A stretch of DNA of 64,000 nt from Octopus sinensis (lineage: Eukaryota), in the NCBI RefSeq assembly GCF_006345805.1, contig NC_042998.1, positions 14,942,001 to 15,006,000 on the forward strand, in the 5' to 3' direction. The position numbers and the translations under genes were made by a program. The notes under the pieces are model-generated. The model worked only from the letters and a program-made list of their open reading frames with translations. It did no database searches and had not been told where the DNA came from. Positions 63,131 through 64,000 of this stretch are shown in pieces (positions within the stretch are counted from its first letter, which is position 1; each line of letters begins with the position of its first letter).

Positions 63131-63552
63131 AGGCGCAGGAGTGGCTGTGTGGTAAGTAGCTTGCTAACCAACTACATGGTTCCGGGTTCAGTCCCTCTGC
63201 GTGCCATCTTGGGCAAGTGTCTTCTACTATAGCCTCGGGACGACCAAAGCCTTCTGAGTGGATTTGGTAGACGGAAACTGAAAGAAGCCTGTCGTATATA
63301 TGTATATATATATATATCATGTGTGTGAATATGTTTGTGTCTGTGTTTGTCCCTCTAGCATTGCTTGACAACCGATGCTGGTGTGTTTATGTCCCCGTTA
63401 CTTAGCGGTTCGGCAAAAGAGACCGATACAATAAGTACTGGGCTTACAAAAGAATAATTCCCGGGGTCGAGTTGCTCGACTAAAGGCGGTGCTCCAGCAT
63501 GGCCGCAGTCAACTGACTGAAACAAGTAAAAGAGTAAAAGAGAGTAAAGAGT
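63131..63552 (+). mobile_element. SINE family A, full length
   Basis: Complete head and tail, with a short TAATATAG flank duplication. Confidence 0.92.
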
Positions 63553-64000
63553 AATATAGTCAATGTAAAGGAGACTGGTATTTTCAAAATGATATCTAAA
63601 ACATTTGGAGGAGTAAGGAGCAAAGCGCGAAACACCACAATTTGGATATAAAATATATAAAAATATCGCATTACAATTCTACTTTAAAAGACAACAACAT
63701 ACCATTTCCATCTTTTATCATGCAAATAAAAATTAGAACCACTGCGTGTATTTAATTTTGGCATAATGACCGTACTGAGATACTACAAAATATTGTATTA
63801 CAATTTTATTTTAATAGACTACAACAAACACGCCATTCCCACCATTTGGTAAGAGAATAGGAACAAATAATGGTCACCCAAACATTATTTATTCACTGGT
63901 TCATGGAATATTTTCGTCCGGTATTAACGATTATTGTAAAGCGAATAATTTAATTTCAAAGTTCTTTTTAAATCTAGAAAATGTCAGTTGAACGCCCAAC

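Noticed and set aside
791-63671. Numerous 60-200 aa ORFs rich in YI, HT, CV, LLL, III or YYY
   Set aside because: They are translations of TA, CA, TATG, TAT and CTT microsatellites or of SINE bodies, not genes.

Overview
AT-rich eukaryotic non-coding DNA with no convincing host protein-coding exon. The SINE and microsatellite repertoire suggests an octopus (coleoid cephalopod) genome; this is an inference from recalled repeat families, not a database result. The window is a mosaic of simple repeats, about 30 tRNA-derived SINE copies from several modular families (many with readable target-site duplications), and decayed LINEs (R4/Dong-like REL type, CR1-like, RTE, Penelope). It also holds Tc1/mariner remnants and MITEs, non-autonomous Helitrons, three tandem arrays (121-122 bp, 63 bp, 17/21 bp), several long fold-back palindromes and a 100-N assembly gap. 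The most notable signals are a set of hammerhead-ribozyme motifs (one apparently complete type I ribozyme at 27507-27599 on the minus strand, plus several minimal or variant ones), a perfect 111-bp-arm palindrome at 55108-55356 that shares sequence with an insert in a Helitron, and a SINE sitting exactly at the junction of a ~516-bp tandem duplication. Almost all ORFs in the supplied track are microsatellite or SINE artefacts. SINE family labels A, B, C and E and repeat label F are my own working names. Boundaries without a TSD are approximate, and all folds and translations were done by eye.
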